This document shows, one piece after another, positions 46,590 to 56,939 of a stretch of DNA of 64,000 bases (the stretch's first letter is position 1; each line of letters opens with the position of its first letter). The stretch covers positions 32,001 to 96,000 of the forward strand of contig JAOZFT010000035.1 in the NCBI GenBank assembly GCA_027492035.1. The letters are read 5' to 3'. The position numbers and the translations under genes were made by a program. This DNA is from Thermoproteota archaeon (lineage in GTDB: Archaea; Korarchaeota; JAOZGF01; JAOZFZ01). A model generated the notes under the pieces. The model had not been told where the DNA came from. It searched no databases and saw only the letters and a program-made list of their open reading frames with translations.

Positions 46590-47882
46590 TTAAATTCTTT
46601 TCAATATCTTTTCCATTATTTCTTCATCTGGCAGTACTCCTTCTTTCGGCTCTATTAGTTTTTTCAGCCTTATCGGTACCCCATCCATTCTATAAGCTGT
46701 TCCTTCTGTTTCTATCCCTGCTAAAGCGCAAGGTATAACTACGTCAGCTGTTAAAGAGGTCATACTTATTTTCGGGTCAACAACTATTGTGGGTATCTGT
46801 GTTAAATACTTGGCTGCTGGTGAAGGGAACGTTGCAACAGGATCTGACGCCACTATCAACGCTGCATCTACCTCTCTGTTTACTAGTAAATTTACTGCCG
46901 CGTATTCTCCCGGGTTATATCTTGGGTACCCTCTTGTAAAGTCTACGGCGTATGGATACCCTGTTTGCCAAGCTAAAACCATCCCTGCCCCTTTAACATT
47001 GAAATGTCCCCTCATAGGTATTACAACAAATCTTGTGTATTTATGTAAGTCTCTTACAAGGTTAAGCGTCGCTATTATGTTATAGTGTTTTCCTCTACTC
47101 ATTGTTAACCCAAGTCCGAAAAATATTACTCCATACCTACAGTTCTTCATTTTCTCCACAAGTTCCTTTATTTTATTCATTGAGACTCCTGCAACTTCTT
47201 CTGCATTTATTTTAGCTCCATTTACCAATGCCCTGATTACTGATAGAAGTTCAAAGTCTTTTCCTGGAGTTATTTTTAGGAACATGTCCGCTAATTTAGT
47301 TGTTCTCGTCTCCCTTACATCAACCGCTACAATGTATCTTTCTTTTCTCCCCTTTTCTGTGTACATTCCTTTCGGAAAAACCGAATACCTTACAAAATGG
47401 TTTAAGTGAGCTTGTAAGGGGTTGCATCCCCAGAAAATAACTAAGTCTGACCTGTTTTTTATCTCTCCAAGGGTTGCATGGATTTCGCCGGTTTCTTGGA
47501 AAGCTACAACTGTAGGGGCATGGCAGACAGTGGCTGTTTGGTCAATTATTCCCCCCGTTTTTTCAGCTATTTCCACGCATTTTCTTTGTGTTTCACAAGT
47601 TGTTGAACTTAAACCATAAATTAAGGGTCTGTCAGCATTCCTTAATATTTCAGCAGCTTTCTTTATGCTTTCTTCTAAGCTCACCCTTTCATGTTTCCCG
47701 TTAATTTTCATCATTGGGTAAGGTACTCTGTCTCTGTTATAATTTACAAACCTGCTTCTTGAAACTGTACAAGCTTTACTTAACGGCCTTATTTCTCCGT
47801 TTTCAACTTCGATTTCCAAGTTGTCGCACAGGCAGCCGCAAAATGAACAAACTACATCTTTAAACACTTGCTTCATTTTCAT
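46590..47882 (-). CDS. fwdB: Formylmethanofuran dehydrogenase subunit B (Mo/W, Cys ligand)
   Basis: CSFCGCLCD, VCHAPT, TLGEIKNRSD, MRGHFNV, GTAYRMD. Confidence 0.96.
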   Translation of the reverse strand: MKMKQVFKDVVCSFCGCLCDNLEIEVENGEIRPLSKACTVSRSRFVNYNRDRVPYPMMKINGKHERVSLEESIKKAAEILRNADRPLIYGLSSTTCETQRKCVEIAEKTGGIIDQTATVCHAPTVVAFQETGEIHATLGEIKNRSDLVIFWGCNPLQAHLNHFVRYSVFPKGMYTEKGRKERYIVAVDVRETRTTKLADMFLKITPGKDFELLSVIRALVNGAKINAEEVAGVSMNKIKELVEKMKNCRYGVIFFGLGLTMSRGKHYNIIATLNLVRDLHKYTRFVVIPMRGHFNVKGAGMVLAWQTGYPYAVDFTRGYPRYNPGEYAAVNLLVNREVDAALIVASDPVATFPSPAAKYLTQIPTIVVDPKISMTSLTADVVIPCALAGIETEGTAYRMDGVPIRLKKLIEPKEGVLPDEEIMEKILKRI

Positions 47883-47897
47883 TAAACACCTTCCTCT

Positions 47898-48296
47898 TTA
47901 TTCATAGCCCTCAACTATTTCCTGAATAGTGAGAATTCTTTCACCTGATGCTTTATACACTTTAGCCTTTATTCCTTTAAAGGAAGGCATACTTATTCCT
48001 TCCGTATCCACGGGTGAAATTAAACTTGTCCAGGGACCGTAAGGCATGAAGATGATTCCGCGATCTATTTCCCTTGAAGCTTTACATTTCACAGCCACGG
48101 AACCGTACTCTGTTTCAACTTTCACAGTGTCTCCTTCCTTTACATTTATCTCACTCATGTCCTGTTGATTCATTTGGACAGTTGACAAGTGTTCAAAGTA
48201 TTCCTTTGAAGTTTTACCTATCTCTAAGGTTTCTCCTTGTTTATCTGTCCTCCCAGTTATCAAAACAGCTTCTAACTTCTTCATTTGATTCACCAT
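47898..48296 (-). CDS. fwdD: Formylmethanofuran dehydrogenase subunit D
   Basis: LITGRT..QG, FMPYGPW, MPSFKG. Confidence 0.92.
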   Translation of the reverse strand: MVNQMKKLEAVLITGRTDKQGETLEIGKTSKEYFEHLSTVQMNQQDMSEINVKEGDTVKVETEYGSVAVKCKASREIDRGIIFMPYGPWTSLISPVDTEGISMPSFKGIKAKVYKASGERILTIQEIVEGYE

Positions 48297-48547
48297 CCAG
48301 ATCTTAGAGGAAAAAAGGTTTTACAAACCTTCTCCTTAACGCGATTCCATTTTCAGCAGCTTATTCCCTAAACAAACTAAAATTTAAGTTAGATCTACTT
48401 TGCATGGGAACTTAAAAGCTTAAAAAATTTTACTTAATTTTCTTAACTCAGTCTTTCTTAATGGAATTTTTCCCAAACTTGTTCTTTGCTGGTATGTACT
48501 GGTAGATTAAGGTATTTCACCACAAATTACGTCTTGAAAGGTAATGA

Positions 48548-49510
48548 TTAAAGGAAGCTTATTGATTTCTTTATTGCTTCAGGATTTATTTTTCCTGCCC
48601 TGTAAACTTTGCCGTTCGCTTTGTTGAAAACTGTAATGGATGCTGGAGCGAAGAGGCTGACGTCCAGTTTGTAAAAATCGAAACCTGCTGCCTTATATGC
48701 TTCATAAAACAGTTTGCCATAGTCCTTTGATGTTGATGAGGGAGCTTTCTCCATTATGTCCCTCAACTTATCTTCATCAGAATAGTTTAGGATGTATTGG
48801 GTTTCTCCGCCATAGGAGAGTGAATCATTCCCCCTACTCATTGATTTTGTCGGGTCAGGATGGGTAGGCATTACAGGAGCTGAACCTGTCCCATGTAAAA
48901 CAGTTAAGGGGTCTAAACCCAAGAAATCAAGCCTGTAAAGGCCCGTTTCAACTATTCTCCCAGCTATCTGGGTTAAACCTGTTATACTTTTGTTTGAAAC
49001 AAGCACAAAATAAATGTTTTCGGGTTTAACATCACATTTCTCCTTAATAAGTTCAACAACTTGTTCATCAGGTTTCTTCTCAGTTTCAAGTACAAGTATT
49101 GCCACATCTGCTTCATCTTGATAGCCCAGTTTCTTAAAAAGCTTTTTCGGTTTCAAGGAAAGAGCTCGGGCAGGACCGGATCCTACGGCTGAAAAATTCT
49201 CTGTTTTAATGTTCCAGCCTGCAAGTTGGGAGGCAAGTAAAGCAATTGCTGGGTAATCAGTTAAAACATGAACAGTTGGAAGAGTTAATCCTCCGAAGTT
49301 TTTCTCGAAAAGTGAAGCCTTCCCAAGTCCACCTAAACATATTTCAGTCACTTTCAACCCTGTTAAATAACCCCCTTTTGCTTCAACACCGGCATCAATA
49401 ATTGTTGCTCCACTTCCAAGTTTCTCAACATACACATTAAAAAGGGAAGGGTTGTTAAGTATTTCTCTAACTATTTTAAGAGCTTCTTGGTTAACACTCA
49501 CTTTCTCCAT
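48548..49510 (-). CDS. mch: Methenyl-H4MPT cyclohydrolase (likely ATG 49510)
   Basis: EICLGGLG, SQLAGW, GSGPARAL, QIAGRIVETG, FAPA. Confidence 0.95.
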   Translation of the reverse strand: MEKVSVNQEALKIVREILNNPSLFNVYVEKLGSGATIIDAGVEAKGGYLTGLKVTEICLGGLGKASLFEKNFGGLTLPTVHVLTDYPAIALLASQLAGWNIKTENFSAVGSGPARALSLKPKKLFKKLGYQDEADVAILVLETEKKPDEQVVELIKEKCDVKPENIYFVLVSNKSITGLTQIAGRIVETGLYRLDFLGLDPLTVLHGTGSAPVMPTHPDPTKSMSRGNDSLSYGGETQYILNYSDEDKLRDIMEKAPSSTSKDYGKLFYEAYKAAGFDFYKLDVSLFAPASITVFNKANGKVYRAGKINPEAIKKSISFL

Positions 49511-49551
49511 CCTTTTCACCTTTAGAGCCAAGGAAAAGAGAAAAGGTTTTT

Positions 49552-50391
49552 TTAGGTTTTTTCAGCCCTAGGCTTCTCAATTAATTTCCTTTTCATCAAA
49601 ATTGTTCCGTCATCATAATGGGGTCTTCTCTGTACACTATCACCATACTTCTCTATCTCCCTTGCTTCATCAGCTAACTTCCCAGCAAACCTCATCAATT
49701 CATGAGCTGCTGAAACAATTAAAGTATACTTTTTCCAATCCTTTTCAATAAAGCACCCCTTAACAGTTAAGTCAGCAACTTTTTCAGCCATAATGTAGGC
49801 TGCGTAAGCCTTTGATTCGGCATAGGGATTTATGAAACCTGCCTTCTTCAATGCTTTGTTAACCCTAACCTTTATTTTTGGCGGCTCAGGTTTCTTCCCT
49901 TGCTTAACTTCATCAATCATTCTATCTATTTCCTCATAGATTAAGTTAAGAACTCCTGTAATAGCTAAAACCTTGATTAAGTCGGTGTTGTAAAGACTCA
50001 TTTCCACAGGGTCTAGAAACTCCCTCCTAGCCCCTATCATCGAATCAGCTGAAACAAAAACATACCCTGCACCCATATCCTCGAATTCCTCAATAGCTTT
50101 CTCAGCTGGTTTATCAGAAACAACAACTACAGGAATCCCTGAATCAATAAGTTTCTTAACAGCCCCTTTAGGCCCTTTTAAAGCTGCGTTAGGTGAGGTT
50201 AGTATACAGAAGTCAGGTTTAGCTTCAATCATTAGAGGAACGTTTGCATCCACCCAATCCTTGGTGATTTTCGAACCTGTACCTATAGTCACTGTCTGAA
50301 TATCTTGCCTTTCAGCCCGTTCGTCAAGTAAAAACTCAATCAAAGCTGCTGAACCCAAACTGCCCAGTTTCATAAAACCGACTTTAACCAT
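49552..50391 (-). CDS. mtd: F420-dependent methylene-H4MPT dehydrogenase (start ATG 50391, not 50562)
   Basis: VKVGFMKLG, LLDERAER, SPN, MIGARREFLDPVEM, AAHE; AGGTG SD before 50391. Confidence 0.95.
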   Translation of the reverse strand: MVKVGFMKLGSLGSAALIEFLLDERAERQDIQTVTIGTGSKITKDWVDANVPLMIEAKPDFCILTSPNAALKGPKGAVKKLIDSGIPVVVVSDKPAEKAIEEFEDMGAGYVFVSADSMIGARREFLDPVEMSLYNTDLIKVLAITGVLNLIYEEIDRMIDEVKQGKKPEPPKIKVRVNKALKKAGFINPYAESKAYAAYIMAEKVADLTVKGCFIEKDWKKYTLIVSAAHELMRFAGKLADEAREIEKYGDSVQRRPHYDDGTILMKRKLIEKPRAEKT

Positions 50392-50816
50392 TTCAAAACA
50401 CCTATTGTTTGAGGGGGAAGAATTGAAAATAAAAATCCTTTCCCTTTTTAAATTTTTTATTTGTTCAATTAAGAATGAAAGAAAAAAAGTCATTCCGTTG
50501 GTAAATTTAAAAGGGAAAGCCTTTTCTACAAAAGAAAAGGCTTCATTGTCCTTCAATGTCATTTAAGAAATGAAAATGGTAAAAATATTGAAAGGAAGCT
50601 GGCGAAACAGTGACCTTTTACTTTAATTAAAAAAGTGCAATTAATATGCAGCAATATTAAAATATTTTTACATAATCTTTGCTAACGGTTTTAAACATGT
50701 TTTTGCTTCTTTTGTTTTTTAGACTGTAGCGGCTTCTTTCAATTTTTGCGAAGCAAAGTTTTCTCAGCTTGTTTAAGTGCTAAAAATGGAGGAAGGGTGA
50801 GTTTGGGATTTTCCCT

Positions 50817-52175
50817 TTATTTTGTGGGTTTTGTAAAATGTAGATTTTTTGCATAAATGATTGGGGTTAAAATTGGGGTTTGCATCTCCATCCACCAATG
50901 TAATGTTTGTTCTCTATCTTTTGTTAATCCTTCAATGTTCTCCATGAGATTTATCATGTTTTCACTTAACCTTAACCCCTTTACTGCATGTTTTATTTCT
51001 CCTTTCTCGACGTAATAAACTCCGTCTCTTGGGATGCTTGAGAAATCTCCTTGAGCATAGTTTTGGAAGCGTGTGTAGGTTGTATTTTTAATTATTAAAC
51101 CTCTCTTTATTTCTTCTATTAATTCGTTGTATTCCCTCTTTCCTGGTTCAATGACTAGGTTCCAGCTTCTTGGAATTATCCAACCTGCATTTGCAGTTGA
51201 TTCAGTGTTGAATTTTTTCGCTGTGATTCTGTTATGTAGGAAAGTGTTCAGTTTACCTTCTTTAATGATAGTGGTTTTTCTTGTTGGGTAGCCTTCGTAG
51301 TCAAATTTTATCGAGTTTAACCCTCCAGGCAGATTCCCTATGTCATGAATTGTAAGTTTTTTCGATGCTACCTTCTTCCCTATTTTGTTTGCGAAAAAGG
51401 AGTATCCCGCATCTACATAAAACGCTGATGAAGCCAAAGTTAAGTAATCAAGAAGTGTTCCTACTGCCGCTCTTCCCAGCACCGTATCATATTTTCCTTC
51501 CTTCAAAGTTTTAGAGTTTAAACTTAACACTGCATCCCTCCCTGCTTCTGAACCGGCTTTTTCAGGCTTGAAATCGTTTAAGTTTGTTGCGCATGTGTTT
51601 CCATGGCCTGCAGCATCTTTGTTAGCTAAAGCCCTCAAATCCAAAATTATTGCTGTAGATTTATATTCTGCTTCAACTTCGCTTGTAGTGGCTAAGTAAA
51701 TGTTCCTTGCTTCTATTTTTAAAGTTCCTGCTGTTCTTTCTGCGCCTTCATTTAAAGATGCATTTATTGCCTTTTCAACAATGTCTCCTGCTTCACTGGC
51801 CAAATTAGCTATTTTACTGTCGTAGCAATTCCTAACTTGTTTGTAACTTGAAGGAGGAGGCAGTTTAACATATTTTTCAACAGGATCTATAAGTTTCATC
51901 ATTTTCAATGAATCTTCCAATGTTCTCTCGATATTTCCTTTAGAAAATTCGCTGACCGCACAAATTACTTGTTTCTTTTCTTTAACTATTAAAACAGAGG
52001 CTTCTAAAGAATCCCATGTTTTAGAAATAGTTATTTTATTGTTTGCAAACCTTACTTGTCTACTTAAACTGGAGTTAATAACTACTGCCACTTCTTCAAC
52101 TCCCAACTTTAAGGCTTCCTTAATTATTTGTTCACAAATAGAAGCGTTGTCCAAACTTAAGGGTTTTTTCTTCAT
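50817..52175 (-). CDS. TldD/PmbA family protein, TldE/PmbA type (no HExxH)
   Basis: VRFANN, FDYEGYPT, STANAG, GDFS, VEKGEI; ATG 52175. Confidence 0.85.
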   Translation of the reverse strand: MKKKPLSLDNASICEQIIKEALKLGVEEVAVVINSSLSRQVRFANNKITISKTWDSLEASVLIVKEKKQVICAVSEFSKGNIERTLEDSLKMMKLIDPVEKYVKLPPPSSYKQVRNCYDSKIANLASEAGDIVEKAINASLNEGAERTAGTLKIEARNIYLATTSEVEAEYKSTAIILDLRALANKDAAGHGNTCATNLNDFKPEKAGSEAGRDAVLSLNSKTLKEGKYDTVLGRAAVGTLLDYLTLASSAFYVDAGYSFFANKIGKKVASKKLTIHDIGNLPGGLNSIKFDYEGYPTRKTTIIKEGKLNTFLHNRITAKKFNTESTANAGWIIPRSWNLVIEPGKREYNELIEEIKRGLIIKNTTYTRFQNYAQGDFSSIPRDGVYYVEKGEIKHAVKGLRLSENMINLMENIEGLTKDREQTLHWWMEMQTPILTPIIYAKNLHFTKPTK

Positions 52176-52326
52176 AATCTTCCACTTACCAACAAAAAAA
52201 AACAAGAAATGTGGATTAACTTAAGAATTTAAAATTTTTTTACCTATAAAAACACTTGACTCAAGCCAAAAACATTAGATATTTCCTAGATCAATTGAGG
52301 TTTTTCTGGTCAAGTTTTTAAATTGT

Positions 52327-54015
52327 TTAAGTTGCCCCTAAGAGAGAAAGGAGTTCTTTATTTTCAACGTAAACATATTTCAGTGTTGTCATTTCGAGAG
52401 GGAAATATTTTGCACCTGTTATTCCTGACCATTTCACTCCTCCCAGATTCGGAAGCTTAACATCTAAATACATATGGTCTTCACTGTTGATAAGCACTCC
52501 CCCAGATTCTATCATTGTAGCGAAAATTTTTTGCACCTCTTCATTTGAAGAAAGAAGCGAGGCTCTTAAACCATATTTTGAACGATTTGCAAGTTCAATT
52601 GCTTCCTTTATTTTTCTAGCCTTTTGTACTGTTAGAATCGGGTAAAATGGTTCTGTTTCAGGCTTTGCAAGAATCATTTCTGGTTTGATTTCAGTAATTA
52701 CTGTAGGCGCCAAGAACATTCCTGCTTCATCTCTCTCTCCTAAGTAATTTATTCTGTACCCTCCTGTAAGGATTTTTGCTCCTTTACCTACTGCATCCCT
52801 TATTGCTTTTTCAGCTCTTTGCATTACTGTTGGAGGCAATACAGCTAAATCTGTCTCTGGATTAGAAGGTAAACCTGGCTTATATTTACTTGCTTCCTCA
52901 ACCAACTTCTCAATAAATTCCTCAGCTATGTATTCATCAAGAATTAATCTTTTTATTGACATGCAAAATTGGCCAGAACCTAAAAATCTGTATTTAGCCA
53001 CGTACTTGACTGCTTTTTCAATATCTACATCTCTCCAGACAATGCATGGGTCGCTGCCTGCAAGTTCAGGCAGGAACTTCTTACCTCTCTTAACGGTTTC
53101 AGCCATAAGTTGTAAACCTATCTGGCTTCTGCCGTAAAAAACTATCCCTCCAACTCTTTCATCCTTTATCAACAAATCAATAATTTTTTGTCCAGGAACA
53201 GTTACTACACTGAAAGTTTCCCCCACTCCCCATTCCTCCATCACCTCAGCGAACAATGTTCCTAAATGAATAGTGGAACATGGGTTTTGACTTGGTGGTT
53301 TAACTATTGTGGAGTTACCGGAAAGCATTGAGGAAATTGTTGCGAACAAACCTAAACCTATCGCTGCATTGTAAGGGGAGAAAATAGTTAGAACACCGTA
53401 TGGCTGCCTTAAAAGAAATATCATTCCTTTTCCCGTCTCGGTAGATAACCCTTTCTCCTCGATTAATGAACCAAACCATTCAAGCAAGTTTGTTTCAAAG
53501 GATTTCTTTATGGCTGAAAACTCCCAATCGAAAACTTTCAAAGGTTTCCCTTCAGCTATTGAAATTTCTTTAAAGAGGTTCTTATCCTTAATTATCTTCT
53601 TACCCACTTCACGCAGCAAATCAATCCTTTCTTGAATAGTTAAACCTTCTGCTGGTTCACCGAATTTTTCAGACCTGTAAAGCTTGTTCTTATGGATATA
53701 GGCACTTGATAAGGCTTCGTTTAAATCTTTTAGTGAAGCTAAAGAATATTTCGCGTAAATTGTTTCCTCCAACCTGTTTTCTTCAATTCTTGGTTTACCA
53801 TGCACCTTCATGTACTTCTTTATGTAAAGTAGGTTTGCGTTACTGTTCCTAATTAACGTAATAAGTTTAGTTGGTACTTTGCTGAGAAAAGTTTTTTTTA
53901 GGGCGTAAGCAATCATTAAACCTGGTTCCTTAATGACCTTTTCCAAGTTTAACTGGTAACCGTAAACTCCAGTATCTATGCTTTTCGACCCTACAATCAA
54001 AGGGAAATTTTTCAT
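52327..54015 (-). CDS. Aldehyde dehydrogenase family protein with a long N-terminal extension
   Basis: PYGV..SPYN, GNSTIVKP, ELAGSDP (catalytic Glu), GQFC (catalytic Cys), YGL, GGVKWSG. Confidence 0.85.
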   Translation of the reverse strand: MKNFPLIVGSKSIDTGVYGYQLNLEKVIKEPGLMIAYALKKTFLSKVPTKLITLIRNSNANLLYIKKYMKVHGKPRIEENRLEETIYAKYSLASLKDLNEALSSAYIHKNKLYRSEKFGEPAEGLTIQERIDLLREVGKKIIKDKNLFKEISIAEGKPLKVFDWEFSAIKKSFETNLLEWFGSLIEEKGLSTETGKGMIFLLRQPYGVLTIFSPYNAAIGLGLFATISSMLSGNSTIVKPPSQNPCSTIHLGTLFAEVMEEWGVGETFSVVTVPGQKIIDLLIKDERVGGIVFYGRSQIGLQLMAETVKRGKKFLPELAGSDPCIVWRDVDIEKAVKYVAKYRFLGSGQFCMSIKRLILDEYIAEEFIEKLVEEASKYKPGLPSNPETDLAVLPPTVMQRAEKAIRDAVGKGAKILTGGYRINYLGERDEAGMFLAPTVITEIKPEMILAKPETEPFYPILTVQKARKIKEAIELANRSKYGLRASLLSSNEEVQKIFATMIESGGVLINSEDHMYLDVKLPNLGGVKWSGITGAKYFPLEMTTLKYVYVENKELLSLLGAT

Positions 54016-55745
54016 TTTAAGCCCTCTCCACCTCTCATTTTTCGGGCAGCTTCTTCCCTAAGTACTCTACGTAAAATTTTTCCAACCATGTTTTTCTTAA
54101 GCTGCTTCCTAAATTCCACTTTCTTCGGTACTTTGAAAGGGGCCAATCTCACTTTGCACCAGTCGATAATATCTTTCTCGGTTGCTTTCGCTCCCTCCTT
54201 CAAAACAACATAAGCCTTAATTATTTGGCCTACAGTTTCAGTAGGCACTCCTACTACGCAGGCTTCTTTAACTGAAGGGTGACTATAAATAACGTTTTCG
54301 ATTTCCTTTGGAAAAACAGAGTATCCCTTATATTTTATCATGTCTTTCTTTCTTTCCATTATATAAAGGAAACCTTCATCATCGAGTTTACCTATGTCTC
54401 CTGTTCTTAACCAAATTTTTCCGTTTATCTCAACCAATGCTTCATTGTTTCTTTCAGGGTCGTTCAAGTACCCTTTCATTACTTGCGGCCCGTGTACAAG
54501 AATTTCACCTACTTCACCAAGTTCAAGGAACTTGTTTTCTTCAGGATCCGCTATGGCCACAGTGGTTCCAGGTAAAGGAACGCCTGCAGTGCTTGGTTTC
54601 CTTAATTCTTTCCAGGGAGGATTAATACATACTGCAGGCCCTGCCTCTGTTAAACCGTAACCTTCAACAATAATTGAACCTGTCATTTCTTCAAATTTTC
54701 TTTGTACTTCACTCGGTAAAACATCTGCAGCACAAATGCATACTTTCAACTTCTTTAAGTTGTACTTTTGAACTTTTCCGTAGTTAGCTAATAAATTATA
54801 AATGGTGGGTACCCCTGCAAACAAGGCTGCTTTATATTTACTTAATTTTTCTAAAACTTCTTTTGTTTCAAATTTTGGAAGCAGCACTACACTTATTCCA
54901 CTGTACAAGGCTGTTAACAACTGTATACAGCCAAAACTGTGAAAAATAGGTAAAACCAAGACTGTGGATTCTTTTTTCTCGATTAAAGGCGGTAAAACCC
55001 ATTTGTTGATCTGGATAACATTGGCTAAGACGTTGTAATGGGTAAGTAAAACCCCTTTAGGCGTACCTGTAGTTCCTCCAGTGAATAAAAGCAGTGCAAC
55101 ATCTTCTTTGGGATTATTTTTTAAAAAAACAGGTGTAGGTTTATTTTTAAGTAATTCATTGAAGAAATAAATGTTCCTTCCATGTTTAACTTTTCTAGTG
55201 GGTACTTTCCTAAACAGTTTACCTAGGAAACCTTTAAATGGAGGAAGAAATTCTGTTAGACACGTATATATAACGCTGAGCTTCTGCTCCTTTTCTGAAA
55301 TCTCTCTTTCCAAATTTTCCACTTTATCTTCGAAAATATCCAGCGAAACCAAAAACTTTGCTTTAGATGCTTTAACTATATATTTAATTTCTCTTACTGT
55401 GTAAAGGGGGTTAATGGGTAAAACTGCTCCTCCTGCCTTCAATACCCCAAACAAAGCTATAACAAATTGGGGACAGTTGGGAAGTAAAACGCCTACAACA
55501 TCCCCTTTTTCCATGCCAAGTTTATCTTTTAAACCTGAAGCAAGCCTCCAAGCTAAGTCCTTTATCTCCAAATAAGAAATTTTCTTTCCAAAGAAATACA
55601 CTGCAGGGAAATCTTTGTATTTTTCAGCTCCCTCCTCCAAAACGCTAAAAAGCGGTTTGTTTGGTACTTTAACGTCAGGAGTTGCGTTTCCTCCATACTT
55701 TGTCAACCAAGGTTTTGATTTAATGTAGTCGGGAACTTTACTCAT
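54012..55745 (-). CDS. fadD: Long-chain fatty acid-CoA ligase
   Basis: FTGGTTGTPKG, EGYGLTE, GPQVMKGY, TGD, RKKDMI, GKILRR. Confidence 0.92.
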   Translation of the reverse strand: MSKVPDYIKSKPWLTKYGGNATPDVKVPNKPLFSVLEEGAEKYKDFPAVYFFGKKISYLEIKDLAWRLASGLKDKLGMEKGDVVGVLLPNCPQFVIALFGVLKAGGAVLPINPLYTVREIKYIVKASKAKFLVSLDIFEDKVENLEREISEKEQKLSVIYTCLTEFLPPFKGFLGKLFRKVPTRKVKHGRNIYFFNELLKNKPTPVFLKNNPKEDVALLLFTGGTTGTPKGVLLTHYNVLANVIQINKWVLPPLIEKKESTVLVLPIFHSFGCIQLLTALYSGISVVLLPKFETKEVLEKLSKYKAALFAGVPTIYNLLANYGKVQKYNLKKLKVCICAADVLPSEVQRKFEEMTGSIIVEGYGLTEAGPAVCINPPWKELRKPSTAGVPLPGTTVAIADPEENKFLELGEVGEILVHGPQVMKGYLNDPERNNEALVEINGKIWLRTGDIGKLDDEGFLYIMERKKDMIKYKGYSVFPKEIENVIYSHPSVKEACVVGVPTETVGQIIKAYVVLKEGAKATEKDIIDWCKVRLAPFKVPKKVEFRKQLKKNMVGKILRRVLREEAARKMRGGEGLK

Positions 55746-55781
55746 TTACAACCTCTCCCTTTTTTCTTTTTTGAATTTCTT

Positions 55782-56939
55782 CTAAATGAAAATTTTACCA
55801 AGCAAGCTTTTCATCAAAATATACCTCTGCACTTCATTTGTTCCTTCCCCTATCTCCACTAACTTGGCGTCTCTGTAATATCTCTCTAGGTTGTTCTCTC
55901 TGCTGTAGCCGTAACCACCGAAAATTTGGATGGCGTTTCTAGTTATTTCAACAGTTTTCATAGCTGAATAAAGTTTAGCCATTGAAGCAAGTTTCACATA
56001 TTCAAGGTCTCCTTTATCCTTTAACCAGGCTGCTTTATAAGTTAACAGTCTCATTATTTCGATATCCATAGCCATGTCTGTTAACATCCTTTGGATAGCC
56101 TGTCTTTTGATTAATGGTTTACCGAAAGCTACTCTTTGTTTAGCGTACTTTAAAGATTCTTCATAGGCTGCTTGACTTAACCCTATACCAGCGGATGAAG
56201 CATAAATTCTGCTTTCGTCCAGTGAAAACATTGCTACACTGAATCCTTCATTTTTCTCCCCTATCAAGTTTTCTTTTGGTACGTGACAGCCTTTAAAAGT
56301 CACTTCAGCTGTTCCCGTTCCCCTGAAACCCATAACAGGTACTTTACGTGTTTCAACGTTTTCATCTCTCTCAACGATAAATGCTGAAATGCCCCTATGT
56401 TTATCCTCAACCTTACCTGTCCTGGCAAAAACTACAAAGAAATCAGCCACTAAACCAGCTGAAATAAATGTTTTAGTTCCTTCAATGACATATTCATCCC
56501 CCTGTTCCACAGCCTTTGTTTGTATTGAACCTGCATCACTTCCACAGCAAGGTTCGGTTAAAGCGAAAGCCCCAATAAATTTACCTTTAGCTATCCCGGT
56601 TAAATACTTCTCTTTCTGTTCTTCACTGCCAAATAAGGTTATAGGTAAAGACGTTAATGCTTCTATTCCTGATAACAGTCCCACTGAGCAACTCACTCTA
56701 GCCATTTCTTCACCCACGATCACTGTGTCAAGTACGTTGAAACCTAGGCCTCCATATTTTTCAGGAATCCTTACTGCTGGATAACCCATTTTAACAAGTT
56801 TTTTATAAATTTCTAACGGGTACTCATCTCTTTCATCTATTTCCCTAGCGTAAGGCTTAATTTCTTCCTCAGCAAACTCTCTAACAGCTTTTCTCAAAAC
56901 TTTATGTTTAGTTTCAAATTCGAAATTCAATTTAAGCAA
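55782..56939 (-). CDS. Acyl-CoA dehydrogenase
   Basis: FALTEPCCGSD, GTKTFIS, RVAFG, GGYGY, RDAK..IGEGTNEVQR. Confidence 0.93.
   Translation of the reverse strand: MLKLNFEFETKHKVLRKAVREFAEEEIKPYAREIDERDEYPLEIYKKLVKMGYPAVRIPEKYGGLGFNVLDTVIVGEEMARVSCSVGLLSGIEALTSLPITLFGSEEQKEKYLTGIAKGKFIGAFALTEPCCGSDAGSIQTKAVEQGDEYVIEGTKTFISAGLVADFFVVFARTGKVEDKHRGISAFIVERDENVETRKVPVMGFRGTGTAEVTFKGCHVPKENLIGEKNEGFSVAMFSLDESRIYASSAGIGLSQAAYEESLKYAKQRVAFGKPLIKRQAIQRMLTDMAMDIEIMRLLTYKAAWLKDKGDLEYVKLASMAKLYSAMKTVEITRNAIQIFGGYGYSRENNLERYYRDAKLVEIGEGTNEVQRYILMKSLLGKIFI

Noticed and set aside
46590-47882. Possible selenocysteine in FwdB, or SECIS elements
   Set aside because: The metal ligand is Cys (VCHAPT) in an uninterrupted ORF; no in-frame TGA needs recoding
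41560-50391. Calling the organism a methanogen from fwd/ftr/mch/mtd
   Set aside because: No mcr or mtr in the window; these genes also occur in non-methanogenic archaea
50392-50562. 57-aa N-terminal extension of Mtd in the ORF track
   Set aside because: Mtd homology and the SD start at ATG 50391; the extension is translated promoter DNA
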